DNA of 64,000 bases from Azolla caroliniana. Taxonomy: Eukaryota > Plantae > Polypodiophyta. How positions within the stretch are numbered: the stretch's first letter is position 1; the number at the start of each line of letters is the position of its first letter. Below are positions 1 through 10,692 of the stretch, piece by piece. The notes beneath the pieces are model-generated. The model was not told where the DNA came from, made no database searches, and worked only from the letters and a program-made list of their open reading frames with translations. The position numbers and the translations under genes were made by a program. The stretch spans positions 33,418,001 to 33,482,000 of the forward strand of contig JBHGNT010000001.1 of assembly GCA_043228905.1 (NCBI GenBank). Direction: 5' to 3'.

Positions 1-1411
1 TGTAAACAGGTGTCAGGTCTCTATTTACAGATAGAGACAATGAACTAGAAATGTTGGCTCATTGAATTCATATTTCAATAAAAATTATATATGGATACAC
101 CATATATCGCATCACAATGCATTGTATCATGGAGAAGCAACTTCACAATCTCTGTAACATAAACATGATACACGTAAACAATCACATCCACTGTATGACA
201 TTCCAAGGCATAGATTGCCCCATCTCTTCGATTCCATACACATATTCTAACTTGGCAACATTTCCACAAACTCCAGCCCTTTCAAACTGACACCCATGGA
301 TTCCCATGACTTGCCTTGAATGATATTTGATCTTCACATCCATTTGCCATCTTCATTGTGGAGGGTGTTTAGGGCAATCTCCTTTAGACAATATTATGGT
401 CGACTCTTATCATTTATCAACATACTCCTTTACCTCTTCCTCTCCCATTTCTTCATTCTTCTTACCTTTTTGTGTGTTTGTCATTTCTGGGCCTCCTTTA
501 GCATTCATTCTTGGGCGTCACTTCTATGAATTCGTCAAACCTATAACAGGCCCAAACATACTCTTGACTTTTCTTTTATTACTTCCCCAGGTACTCTTGT
601 GCTCCATTGAGGTTTCCTAAATGCAACTTCTCAATGGATTGCTGTTTAAACTAAATTAGTAAAATCACTAGTCTGCATTCCACTCCATCATCTCCATCAA
701 GTCATATGCCACTAATAAGAACGTCAATTCTTTCATTCTAGGCATCAACATGTAAAGAGATGTCATGACAGTGTTGCCGCATGCTTGAGCACAAGCACCT
801 AGTATCTACGGGTGGAAAGAATGATGTAGGAGTGCTGGCTTACTGGTAACTTAGCTTGTAAAGAAGAGGCTATAGCTTAGAATCTTATTAGAGACATAAA
901 GGAAACTTAGGAGAAAGCTGAAAACTTTTTTCAAAATCAACTCTTTATATTTCCTTGGAATTGCATATGAATTCCCCTTCTGAAGAATACACGTTTCAGG
1001 CCATCATTACCGAGGATATACTAATTTAATTTATGGATTTCAACAAAGTCATCCACATGGCTCTCACAGCCACAACCATAAGATTGTCGAATATTCACAA
1101 CAAACTCTTTGTCATCCACACTGTTCAATTAGAATAATGACGACATTTAATTTGTTCATGGACACCTCGGCCAGTAAATGTTCGCAAAAATCTTAGATTT
1201 TAAAAGCGAGCATAGCATCTAAGTTCAAAAGTATAGTTCAGTGCAAGGAAGCCATATCAAACGGTAACCGTAAACACTTCAACGCAAAGAAATGTTGAGA
1301 ACATTACCAGGACATTTCAAAAGAAAAAGAGGAAAATAGAGCAACACAGCACCCCACCCCCCACCCCTTCCTTTTGGTGATGGATGGAATGTGGAAGAAA
1401 AGGGTACTCAC

Positions 1412-1815
1412 TTGCAGACCTTAACCGGGACGATCTGGATGAGTTGAGGGACAAGTTGGGCGAGCAAGGAGCGGGCATGCATGACGTCGTGGGCAACAGG
1501 GATTAGGCCGGAGACGAGGAGGCCATTGGAGGGGGTGGGGAGGTTGCGGAGGGTGGGCTCACCTCGCCGGAGCTTCGTGAGGAAGCCGCCACGCTTGGGG
1601 ACTGTTATCCACGGCTTCTTCTTGTGCCTGGGTGCGGGACGCGGCAGATCCACGTTCTGATCGGTGGCCACCACTCGGAGGGACCGCGGCCGCTTCGCCT
1701 CCCACACGTTTAGTCTGAGTCTCCTCCATAGCTCCCCAGAGGGGGAGGAGAAGGAGGCAGTGAAGGAGATCGCATCTAGCTGCTGCTGCAGCACCTGCAT
1801 TCGCAGTGGTTCCAT
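1412..1815 (-). CDS. APO: APO (ACCUMULATION OF PHOTOSYSTEM ONE, DUF794) family organellar RNA-binding/splicing protein, first coding exon; rest of gene not identified in the window (probably left of position 1)
   Basis: Translation DQNVDLPRPAPRHKKKPW...PSNGLLVSGLIPVAHDV...LIQIVPVKVCK matches the APO N-terminal consensus (QNVDLP..KKP..PPxNGLLV..LVPVA..V...VPVxxC). Ends at donor AA|GTGAGT (intron starts 1411). Start codon uncertain (1815, or 1850 via a short intron). Confidence 0.8.
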
Positions 1816-2815
1816 CACTCGGAAAGGAGGATTACACACCCACTCACCATAGCTATTAGCTACTTCTTACTACTCAAGCAAGTCTTCTGCTTCTTTCTTT
1901 ATAGTTATATGGGCCTCACCTCTCAAGAGCCTCTCTTCTCTCTGTCGGATAAGAGTTGTTGTCTGTGTGGAATGGGCATGGCTTGGAAGCCCTTTTATAT
2001 ATGCCTTGGATTTTAATGCACTTTTTTTTATCCTTTGTGATTTGAGTTAATGGCCTTATCATTTGTTGTAAATGTTGTTTGGATGGGGGGGGGGGGGGGC
2101 TGTATAAAAGTATAGTCCAAGTGATAATTTTGATGAATGTCTGCCTTTAAAATCAAGATAAAAGAAGAACGTTATTTACGCCATAATGATGCAACCGTGA
2201 TCGGGCTTATGAGCATCGACCAAGACATAGGCACTCCATGGATCCATGATAATATTAAGTAGAGAGTCCACTTTTCCGTTCTGCGCTCCTCACTTCTACA
2301 CAATGTTGATACCCTACCACATTGGCCATGTCAAACTAAACACCAGTATAAATGTACGCTTCTAAGCGTTATGGTGGTATATAGTTGTCATAATTTTGAC
2401 ATTACTAACGCCTTCAAATGCGTTTTCTTCCTCAAATAACAAACACATAATGTCCTTAGAAGTTTACTGTCACACTTTCAAATGTCTTTTCTTCCTCAAA
2501 TAGCAAATGTGAGAGGTCCTTAGAAGTTCACAAACATCTCTCCCATATGGATACCTTTTCAGGTACATGTCCTAATCATATACTCATGTTTGATGTCACC
2601 TTGACCATTGAGCAATATAAGAAAATGCCTCTCAACTATTTATCAACCAACAATATAAGATATCTTGAACGAAGATGTCGTTCAAGTTATAACACATGTA
2701 GAAGCATCAACTTTTAGTATAAATAAGTTAAGAATGTAGACCATATTGTCCTCTTCTTCCATTGGGAAATGTGTAAATATGATTTTTGAAAACGTCATAA
2801 AAACATCATAGAAGA

Positions 2816-3339
2816 CTAGCTAAAGAAATTCAAAACTATGAAAAGGAGTATGGTGATTTCCTTCTCCTCTCCGATGGAAGACATGTATTGGAGGTCTTTG
2901 ATATTACATCAGTCTGTTGTTTGGAAGAGGATATGGTCTGGTCTACAATATCTTCTCTAGTCATTTGGGTATTGTGGAAGGCTAGATGTAAATGTATATT
3001 TCAAAAAGTTAAACAAAATGCAGTTGAGTTAGTCAAAGAGGTATGGTTAATGCTTGTACACACTTTAAGAGGTCAATATGATGCAATAACCGACGAGCAT
3101 GAGGTTGTGATTCGGAGACAACAACAATTTAGAGAAATTTGGAAAGAATAAAGTGGAGATATGCTCCACCAAGATGGTTTTTTCCACCCCCCATCTTGGA
3201 ACAACCTTCATGAGGGCTTTTGATACTTGACATGCTGGTTGATGTGGATATGAGGGTTGTAATATATTGTCTGAACTCGTTGTAGCCTTTCGGCATCTTT
3301 CCATTAATACCAAGGTGAACCTTCTTTAAAATAAAATAA
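2816..3339 (+). mobile_element. 5'-truncated L1-type LINE with 17-bp TSD
   Basis: Peptide IWVLWKARCKCIFQ matches the plant L1 ORF2 C-terminal WxxWKxRxxxIF motif, followed by a frameshifted KWRYAPPRWFFPPP end. A-rich tail. Identical AAAAACATCATAGAAGA at 2799-2815 and 3340-3356. Confidence 0.85.
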
Positions 3340-4842
3340 AAAAACATCATAGAAGAGTTGAAGCATGAAATTTTAGACTTGTCTTACTCAAGTTGTTCAT
3401 GGGACTGACTTTGTCCATAGATGGTATGGATATATAAGTGAAAGATATTTTAGCATTTGATAATGTCAAGCATAGCTAACAACACTTCAATGGCTCAATT
3501 TTATTCATAAGAAAATATAAGCGCTAATTGGTTAATCGCCTTGTAGATGATACACAAACAAAGTTGATCCACATATGGAAACAAACGTTGAAGTAGTAGC
3601 CATTGATTTGGGTTGTTTGATGCGAAAACAATTGTTACCATATGAGTAACATGGATAAAGAAATTATTGAGATCTCATATTTCCATGTCATGTGCAAGAA
3701 ATCTTTAGGGCTTAGGGAATTTCGTTGCTAAAAAGTCTTGTAATAATTCTTTTCGACATGCAATGTTGAAAACAATTGACCTTGTTTGGTCGCTTCTTGA
3801 ATCATTGATATCGGAGCACACGACTTTTTTCGTGACACTTGTATTTGGAATTGGAAACTTCCTTTCTAGACTTACACTTTAACAATTAAAAACATACAAA
3901 ACTTTTGGGAATCCTTGTGTGGAATCATTCCTTTGTAGATGCTTTGAGCGTACACATATGGAACAATTTTTAGAATTGGGTTGTATGTCCAAAAATGCAC
4001 AATTTTTAGCATGGGTTTCACACATATACATGCCAAACTTTTAGCATGCTTATAACCCTCAGGGTTGTGACAAAATTCTTAGTAACAAAATTCTTAGTGT
4101 GACTAAAATCATTGTGTGCTAATGAGTGCAACATCAAACTCATCACGTAAGAATAGAAGTTGTGAATTTAAGGTTGTATTAAACAAACTTTACCACCGCA
4201 TTATAGACTATAGTGCTTCATTGAGAGTGTCCATCAAGGAAATGGCTTCACAATGTACTTTATAGAGCATATAAATATTGTTTGATCAACTTATTTGGAT
4301 AGGTTACTCATGAACACCTACTTGCACAAGCAACTCAATGACGAATGAATTGCATAATGTCAGGTAGCAAGTCATTACATGCATGTAAAAAAAGGTATTG
4401 CATTGCCAACTATTGGTTAATGTAGCTATCAATTATGTCTAAGCTAAAGAATAGGCATCACAATAATTTTTTTAAAGAATGACAACTCAACTATTTCCCT
4501 ATAACAATGACTTACTTTGTCTGATTCACAATAATATTCTCTATAGAGAGTTATGACGACATCGAGAGTAAGGTATCAGCCAAGGAGAGAACTTACAAGT
4601 TGGATGGATGAGGCAAAGTTTGAGAGGATTGAGAATGTAGAGTTTTTCATGTTCCGCCATATCGAGGTCAACCGAAGGCGGGGGTGGAGGCAACCTTGGC
4701 AATGGGTTAGGCATGCATGCATCATTGGTTACGAAAGCAAAAGGCGAGGACGGTTGGCGTGTTATTATAGAAGCGCGTATTGACATAGCAAGGGGGCATA
4801 TCACGCCACGTGGATATCGAGGGACATGGGAGCGGGCATAAA

Positions 4843-5170
4843 TACATGCATACATACATACATATATACACACACACACACACATACATACACACATACA
4901 TACATACATACATACATACATACATACATACATACATACATACATACATACATACATACATACATACATACATACATACACACACACATACACACATAGA
5001 CACATACATACATACATACATACATACATACATACATACAAACACTTAGTTGTCAACTAACGAGCTCACAATCAATGCGTAGGTAGCCTCATGTGCAATG
5101 GTAGTAATACCTACATACCTACAGACATGCATACATACATACATACATACATGGACACATACATATCAAA

Positions 5171-5201
<31 letters not shown>

Positions 5202-5263
5202 CAAATACATACATACATACATACATATCAAATACATACATACATACATACATATCAAATACA

Positions 5264-5294
<31 letters not shown>

Positions 5295-5302
5295 CAAATA
5301 CA

Positions 5303-5333
<31 letters not shown>

Positions 5334-5350
5334 CAAATACATACATACAT
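4843..5350. repeat. Two (ACAT)n/(AC)n microsatellite tracts (4843-5040 and ~5110-5350; the second is punctuated by ATATCAA)
   Basis: Directly visible tetranucleotide repeats. Confidence 0.95.
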
Positions 5351-5481
5351 GACATACCATGTGTGGGTGTGAAATGGAGTCTAATGGACATTAGAAGGGC
5401 TCACAGAGAGAGAGAGACACGAGGGCTGCTAGGAGTTGGAGGCAAGAAGTAGAGAGAAGAGGAATGGCGGTGTGGACTGAT

Positions 5482-5516
<35 letters not shown>

Positions 5517-5564
5517 GTTTCTCTCTGTTTCTCCATGCCCATCCATGATGATGATGATGCTACG

Positions 5565-5599
<35 letters not shown>
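5482..5599. repeat. (CT)n, (GAT)n and (ACT)n microsatellites upstream of MTP12
   Basis: Directly visible. Confidence 0.9.
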
Positions 5600-5600
<1 letters not shown>

Positions 5601-5866
5601 GTGATGATTCCATGCTTCTTCCCTGCTCGATAGTTTCATTGCATCGCTGCCAAGAATTAATTGGTGTTCATTTCTCTCTTCCTCCCTGCTTCCCTCTCAC
5701 AGACGTTTACAGGTATTTTTCTCGCTTCTCTGATCTCGGGAATCTATGCTATGCCAGGTGATATGATACTCTCGCGAATTCCATATTCGCTATGGTAGAT
5801 CCACAGCAGCTGCTTGTTTATTTGTCTGCTAAATAATAGAGAGTGTGTGTGATATATTCACAATCA

Positions 5867-8695
5867 ATGGCACATCTGAGGTCCGTGCCCCCCAAGCTCT
5901 CCTTGCCCCCGCACTTGTCTTCTCTAACCTGTAACAGCAATAGCAGCAGAACAACACCCAGATTCTACCCTGATTTTGCCCTAACACCTAAAACTCAATG
6001 GAAAAATAACGCCTTCTTGTTTTCCCCCTCGCTCACTCCGACACCATCAAAGCGGGTTCGAGCTCCTGAGGGCCCTCTTTGGATATTCACGTTGATGCAC
6101 CTCTTCTCGCTCTATGCACTGCATCGATGGCAACAACAGCGATCTGTTGCAGCGCCACTTAGTGTGGTCACATTCTTTCCTTTGCTTTTTTCAGCAGTTT
6201 TCCTTGGCATCATCTACCGGCCTTGGAAGGGCCAGACCATCGGCTCTCCATCCCAATGGGCCTTTGTTTTTGGCACTGGTGCCATCTTGGCACTCTCCAC
6301 TGCCCTCCGTTTTGCTGGCTTGCAGCTCTGTGGGCCTCTAGAGACTGTATATGCAGATTTCTCTGGATCCTTAGTTGCGAAGGTTGTCATTGATCATTTC
6401 TTCGTCAAAAAATTCAGCTCTAGACCAACAATATTGAGGAAAGCATACAGCATAACTGCTGTGATGGTTGGCATCTTTCTGCTCTCTCATGGTTGGGCCA
6501 GGGCAGATTGCTCCCCAATTGCATTTGATATCACTTACCAAACACGGGTCAGGATAATAGAGCAGCAGGCAGATTGTGCCATCGCATCATGGCAGATCGT
6601 TGTGCCCTTCCTTGGTGGCATCCTGTCGGTTTTGCAAAGAAGCTTGGGCAGCAGATCAGCTTTAAGAAGCATAGGTAAGAAGCGGATCCAAGTGATATCC
6701 TATGCAGTGGCTTCCATGATCTTGGTCCCATTTGCCTCATGGCAAGGTGCTTTATTAGTGGAACAGAGCCCGTTACTTGATGCCTCTATCGCTTGCATTG
6801 TCGGGTTTGGGATGGTGATAGCTTTCTTCAGCGATTTCTATTGTGAAGAGAAGATTCTAATTCCGGTGCATTCTATGAGAGCTTTTCAAATCATGGGATG
6901 CTGTGTTTGTGGCTTGGAGCTTCTCTACGGATTGCACATTTCTTTGGTAGGATTCATGTTTTGCAGTATTGTTCTTGGAATTGGTATCCGTGAATTGTCA
7001 CTGTTACAAGGGCAGCTAACATGGGAAGTGGTGGGGGGATTTACTCAAGGTTCTATGATGCATGCCTCGGGTATTACAAGAACTTTGCAGCACATCATGT
7101 CAGACAAGAAGTCTCGAAAGATTGCTATTTTTCTTCTCATGAATGCAGCATTCATGGTAGTGGAGTTCTTTTATGGTTTCCTCAGGAACAGTCTAGGCTT
7201 AATCTCAGATGCATGCCACATGCTTTTCGACTGTGCAGCTCTGGCAATTGGATTGTATGCATCGTACATATCCCGACTTCCAGAGAATTCAAAATATAAC
7301 TATGGTTATGGGAGGTTCGAGGTAGTTTCTGGGTATGCAAATGCTGTTCTTCTTGTTTTGGTTGCATCACTTATTGTACTTGAGTCAATTGAAAGGATAC
7401 TTGAGCCACCTGAGATTTCTACAGAGAGCTTGTTGGTAGTTTCAGTTGGAGGGTTGCTGGTGAATATTGTGGGACTTATATTTTTCCACGAGGAGCACCA
7501 CCATGCTCATGGACAAACTTGTTCACTTTCACATTCGGGGCATGAATTACACTCTAATTCTCCCAAAGTTTGTCTTTCGACAATTTCTTGTGATGACCAG
7601 TGTCAGCACTCTCATCCTGGAAATGGGGTTCATCATCATCAGCAACTTGTTGTATCCAGTGGGAGAGAAGTAGATACGGAAAATGATCAGATTCATATTC
7701 GCAGGTCTCATGATCATGTACATCAACATGATGTGTGTGATAATCATGAAGATGAATGTTCACACAGGACTGACCATAACTGTTCTTCTCACCAACATCA
7801 TCATGAATATCATAATCATCAGCCACATGATAATGACCCGAATAATCATAATCACACTCATTTTCAGGATCTCAATCTCAAGAGAGATCATCCCAATGAT
7901 CATAAGCACGACTCTTCTCAGCATCATGAACGACATAATCAACATCAGCATCAGCATGACCAACATCTTGATCTTTGTGATGGTGATGTTGCTCATGATC
8001 ATAGTCATCAGCATCTTCACAATGATCATCACCGCGATGGTGACCAGCATCACAGCTTAAATAATGATCACCGGCACCATAGTAATGGACACCCCGATCA
8101 CGTTCACAGTCATCATGATCACAATCACGACCACGATCATCACGATCACGATCATCACGATCACGATCATCACGATCACGATCATCACGATCACGATCAT
8201 CACGATCACGATCATCACGATCACGATCATCATGGACATGACCATAATCATCATCACATGGATCATAACATGTATGGACTCTTTCTTCATGTACTGGCAG
8301 ATACATTGGGTAGTGTTGGTGTAGTCATTTCAACCCTGTTGATCAAGTATAAGGGTTGGCTTATAACAGATCCTGCTTGCTCTATCGTTTTATCTGTTCT
8401 TATAATAGCCTCTGTAATACCATTGCTGAGGAATTCAGCAGAGATACTGTTACAAAGAGTGCCTCGACATAATGACAATGCTGTGAAGAAAGTCATGGTG
8501 AAGGTTTCTAAAATGCCAGGTGTTCGAAATGTTGGAAGAATGCATGTATGGAGTTTTACAAACACAGCCGTTGTGGGCAGCATTCACATACAGATCTCAG
8601 CTGGAGTGAAAAAGAAGTCACTACAGGAGCAGATATTACAGTTGCTGCATGGTGCTGGTATTGGCGATGTAACACTTCAGATTGAGGAGGTATAA
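5867..8695 (+). CDS. MTP12: Cation diffusion facilitator zinc transporter, MTP12/ZnT5/Msc2 type, single coding exon (942 aa)
   Basis: Long N-terminal multi-TM extension, then a CDF core: KKSRKIAIFLLMN..NSLGLISDACHMLFDC..YGYGRFEV.SGYAN..ESIERILEPPEI. HxxxD motifs (HMLFD, HVLAD), a very long His-rich loop, and a C-terminal domain ending DVTLQIEEV. First ATG is at 5867. Confidence 0.93.
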   Translation: MAHLRSVPPKLSLPPHLSSLTCNSNSSRTTPRFYPDFALTPKTQWKNNAFLFSPSLTPTPSKRVRAPEGPLWIFTLMHLFSLYALHRWQQQRSVAAPLSVVTFFPLLFSAVFLGIIYRPWKGQTIGSPSQWAFVFGTGAILALSTALRFAGLQLCGPLETVYADFSGSLVAKVVIDHFFVKKFSSRPTILRKAYSITAVMVGIFLLSHGWARADCSPIAFDITYQTRVRIIEQQADCAIASWQIVVPFLGGILSVLQRSLGSRSALRSIGKKRIQVISYAVASMILVPFASWQGALLVEQSPLLDASIACIVGFGMVIAFFSDFYCEEKILIPVHSMRAFQIMGCCVCGLELLYGLHISLVGFMFCSIVLGIGIRELSLLQGQLTWEVVGGFTQGSMMHASGITRTLQHIMSDKKSRKIAIFLLMNAAFMVVEFFYGFLRNSLGLISDACHMLFDCAALAIGLYASYISRLPENSKYNYGYGRFEVVSGYANAVLLVLVASLIVLESIERILEPPEISTESLLVVSVGGLLVNIVGLIFFHEEHHHAHGQTCSLSHSGHELHSNSPKVCLSTISCDDQCQHSHPGNGVHHHQQLVVSSGREVDTENDQIHIRRSHDHVHQHDVCDNHEDECSHRTDHNCSSHQHHHEYHNHQPHDNDPNNHNHTHFQDLNLKRDHPNDHKHDSSQHHERHNQHQHQHDQHLDLCDGDVAHDHSHQHLHNDHHRDGDQHHSLNNDHRHHSNGHPDHVHSHHDHNHDHDHHDHDHHDHDHHDHDHHDHDHHDHDHHDHDHHGHDHNHHHMDHNMYGLFLHVLADTLGSVGVVISTLLIKYKGWLITDPACSIVLSVLIIASVIPLLRNSAEILLQRVPRHNDNAVKKVMVKVSKMPGVRNVGRMHVWSFTNTAVVGSIHIQISAGVKKKSLQEQILQLLHGAGIGDVTLQIEEV
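8125..8235 (+). repeat. Coding 15-bp minisatellite (GATCACGATCATCAC)n encoding (DHDHH)n
   Basis: About six to seven near-perfect copies inside the MTP12 His loop. Confidence 0.9.
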
Positions 8696-10692
8696 TGTGC
8701 TCTTGTCGTGAGAAGAAACATCGTCGAAGGGGTTCTTATGACAAAAGTTGTACAGTCTTCAAAGAAGTTCCATGGTTAACTTATAAAATAAAACCTTGAG
8801 GGGACGAGGCATGAAGCAATCTAATCACAATCCAGTTAATAGAACAATGTAATGGTAGATGAAAGTTGTAACATGATCAATGGCCAAAGCCTGATGCTTT
8901 TTCTTCTGGCATAGGATCACCGAGGTCTTCAATTTATTCTGTATAACTTTTCTTATTTGATTTTGTGTATATGCTTGTAATATGTAATATGTTGTGTTCT
9001 TGTTTTAAAATTTTAACCATCTGTCTTAGCATTATGTAACCTCCTAATAAGGGTTGTTTCTATAATATATAGTGGAATATCACCTCAAATGTGGACATGT
9101 ATTTTGGTTTCTACTTGTATAATGGAAAGTGGAAAAGGTCAGTTACTTTTCCATGCTTCCAAGGAAAGAATAATAACATAACACAAAATATTATTTTCAT
9201 GTTCTTTCTGAAATATTTTATGTTAAGGGTTCCAAGGTCAAAAGCAACAGCTAACAATTGTTTAGGTAATCTATAAATGTAGTGCTTTTTTTACACATTG
9301 AAGGGACTTGAATTGTGCACATATTCATTCTTCTCTGTTTGTCTTTTTCTTTCAGGAAATGCAAATTTCTATTGTAGCTCTAATTGAAGCTTAAAGCATA
9401 TGTATTGCTACAAATTTGAAGCTCTAATTGAGGCTTAAATCATATCCACTAATACAAATTTGAAACTGTATGCATAGGTCAAAATGTTTAGGTTAAGGGT
9501 TCTAATGTCAAAATCAACATCCAAGACTGCATAGTGGTCACTGCAGATATTTATACAAGAAAATAAATATTAAAGCTCATTCATTGTATCTTTGACGTTC
9601 AACTTCATGATTGTTTTCTAAGTTGAGCACAACATTCTTAAGCATTCTTTTTTCACAAGTTGGGTGTTTCTAACATATTCCACAGCTCTTTATTCAGTGG
9701 TATGCATTGTTCTTTGGTATTATGTTAATGAAAAATATATTCTCAAAAGTTTTTTCCGAGTAATACTCATGATCTCAACCAGAGTCTTACATTTTCAGCA
9801 TCTTCTCATGATCTCAACCAGAATCTTACATTGTCAGCATCTTTCCTTGTTGCATTAAATAGCAAGGTATTACTAAATCTCTTTGTTGTTTTTTAATAAC
9901 TTTAGATAATCATGCATCACACATGATTTCTACGATAAGTTACATCATGATTGTAACAAGCTTGTAATTCAGTGGGATTTCAAACGTACACAATTTCAAC
10001 TATCCTTTTGTGTCTGTAACCAATAATGTCTTTAATCAGCGTGGTCTATAGAAATCAATTTAAAGCTCTCACATAATCTACAACTAACTTTCTCATATTG
10101 AGAGGCAATGATATGACATAATCCTTCAGCACTTCGCTAGCAAGTGTCAGTAAATAATATATGTTTACACATAACACAATTGTCACAATTATGTGTTTCT
10201 TAGTGATGTGCCATAAAAGTGTGACGCGTAGCTTGTTTGCATCTACTTCCATCAATATGACATTACGAGATATGCTCTGTACAATAATTGTCATGATTGT
10301 GATTACTACTGTGAATAGTATGGAGCATCGCTTCTCTGTAAACTCTATTCATGTTCATTACAGAAAAGAGATTATCTCAAATCTCTTACATGATCTGTAA
10401 CCAACTTGTTCATATTCCTCATATAGTGATAAGAGATGACACTTTCCCAATCCTTCCCAAGAGCAATTCTAAGTTACACATAATGTATTGCACAAACAAT
10501 ATCTGTACATAATGTAGAGATACATACTACCTCTTACAATACCTTAAAACCAACTTGCTCGTTCTCCTTAACGTGAGAGAGGCATTAACGTGATATAATC
10601 CACTGCGACCACCCTTACCCATGAGTCATATCTGCTGCCAATAGAACAAGATATCTCATTCTAGATCATATTTTCCCAACCTTTTTGATATT

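Noticed and set aside
4541-5391. Many ORFs of MYVC/HTYI repeats
   Set aside because: Translations of (ACAT)n microsatellites, not proteins. The same applies to 45194-45791 and 49624-49919.
7547-8324. Overlapping Ile/Met/Asp-Arg-rich ORFs on both strands
   Set aside because: Alternative-frame and antisense shadows of the MTP12 His-repeat loop.
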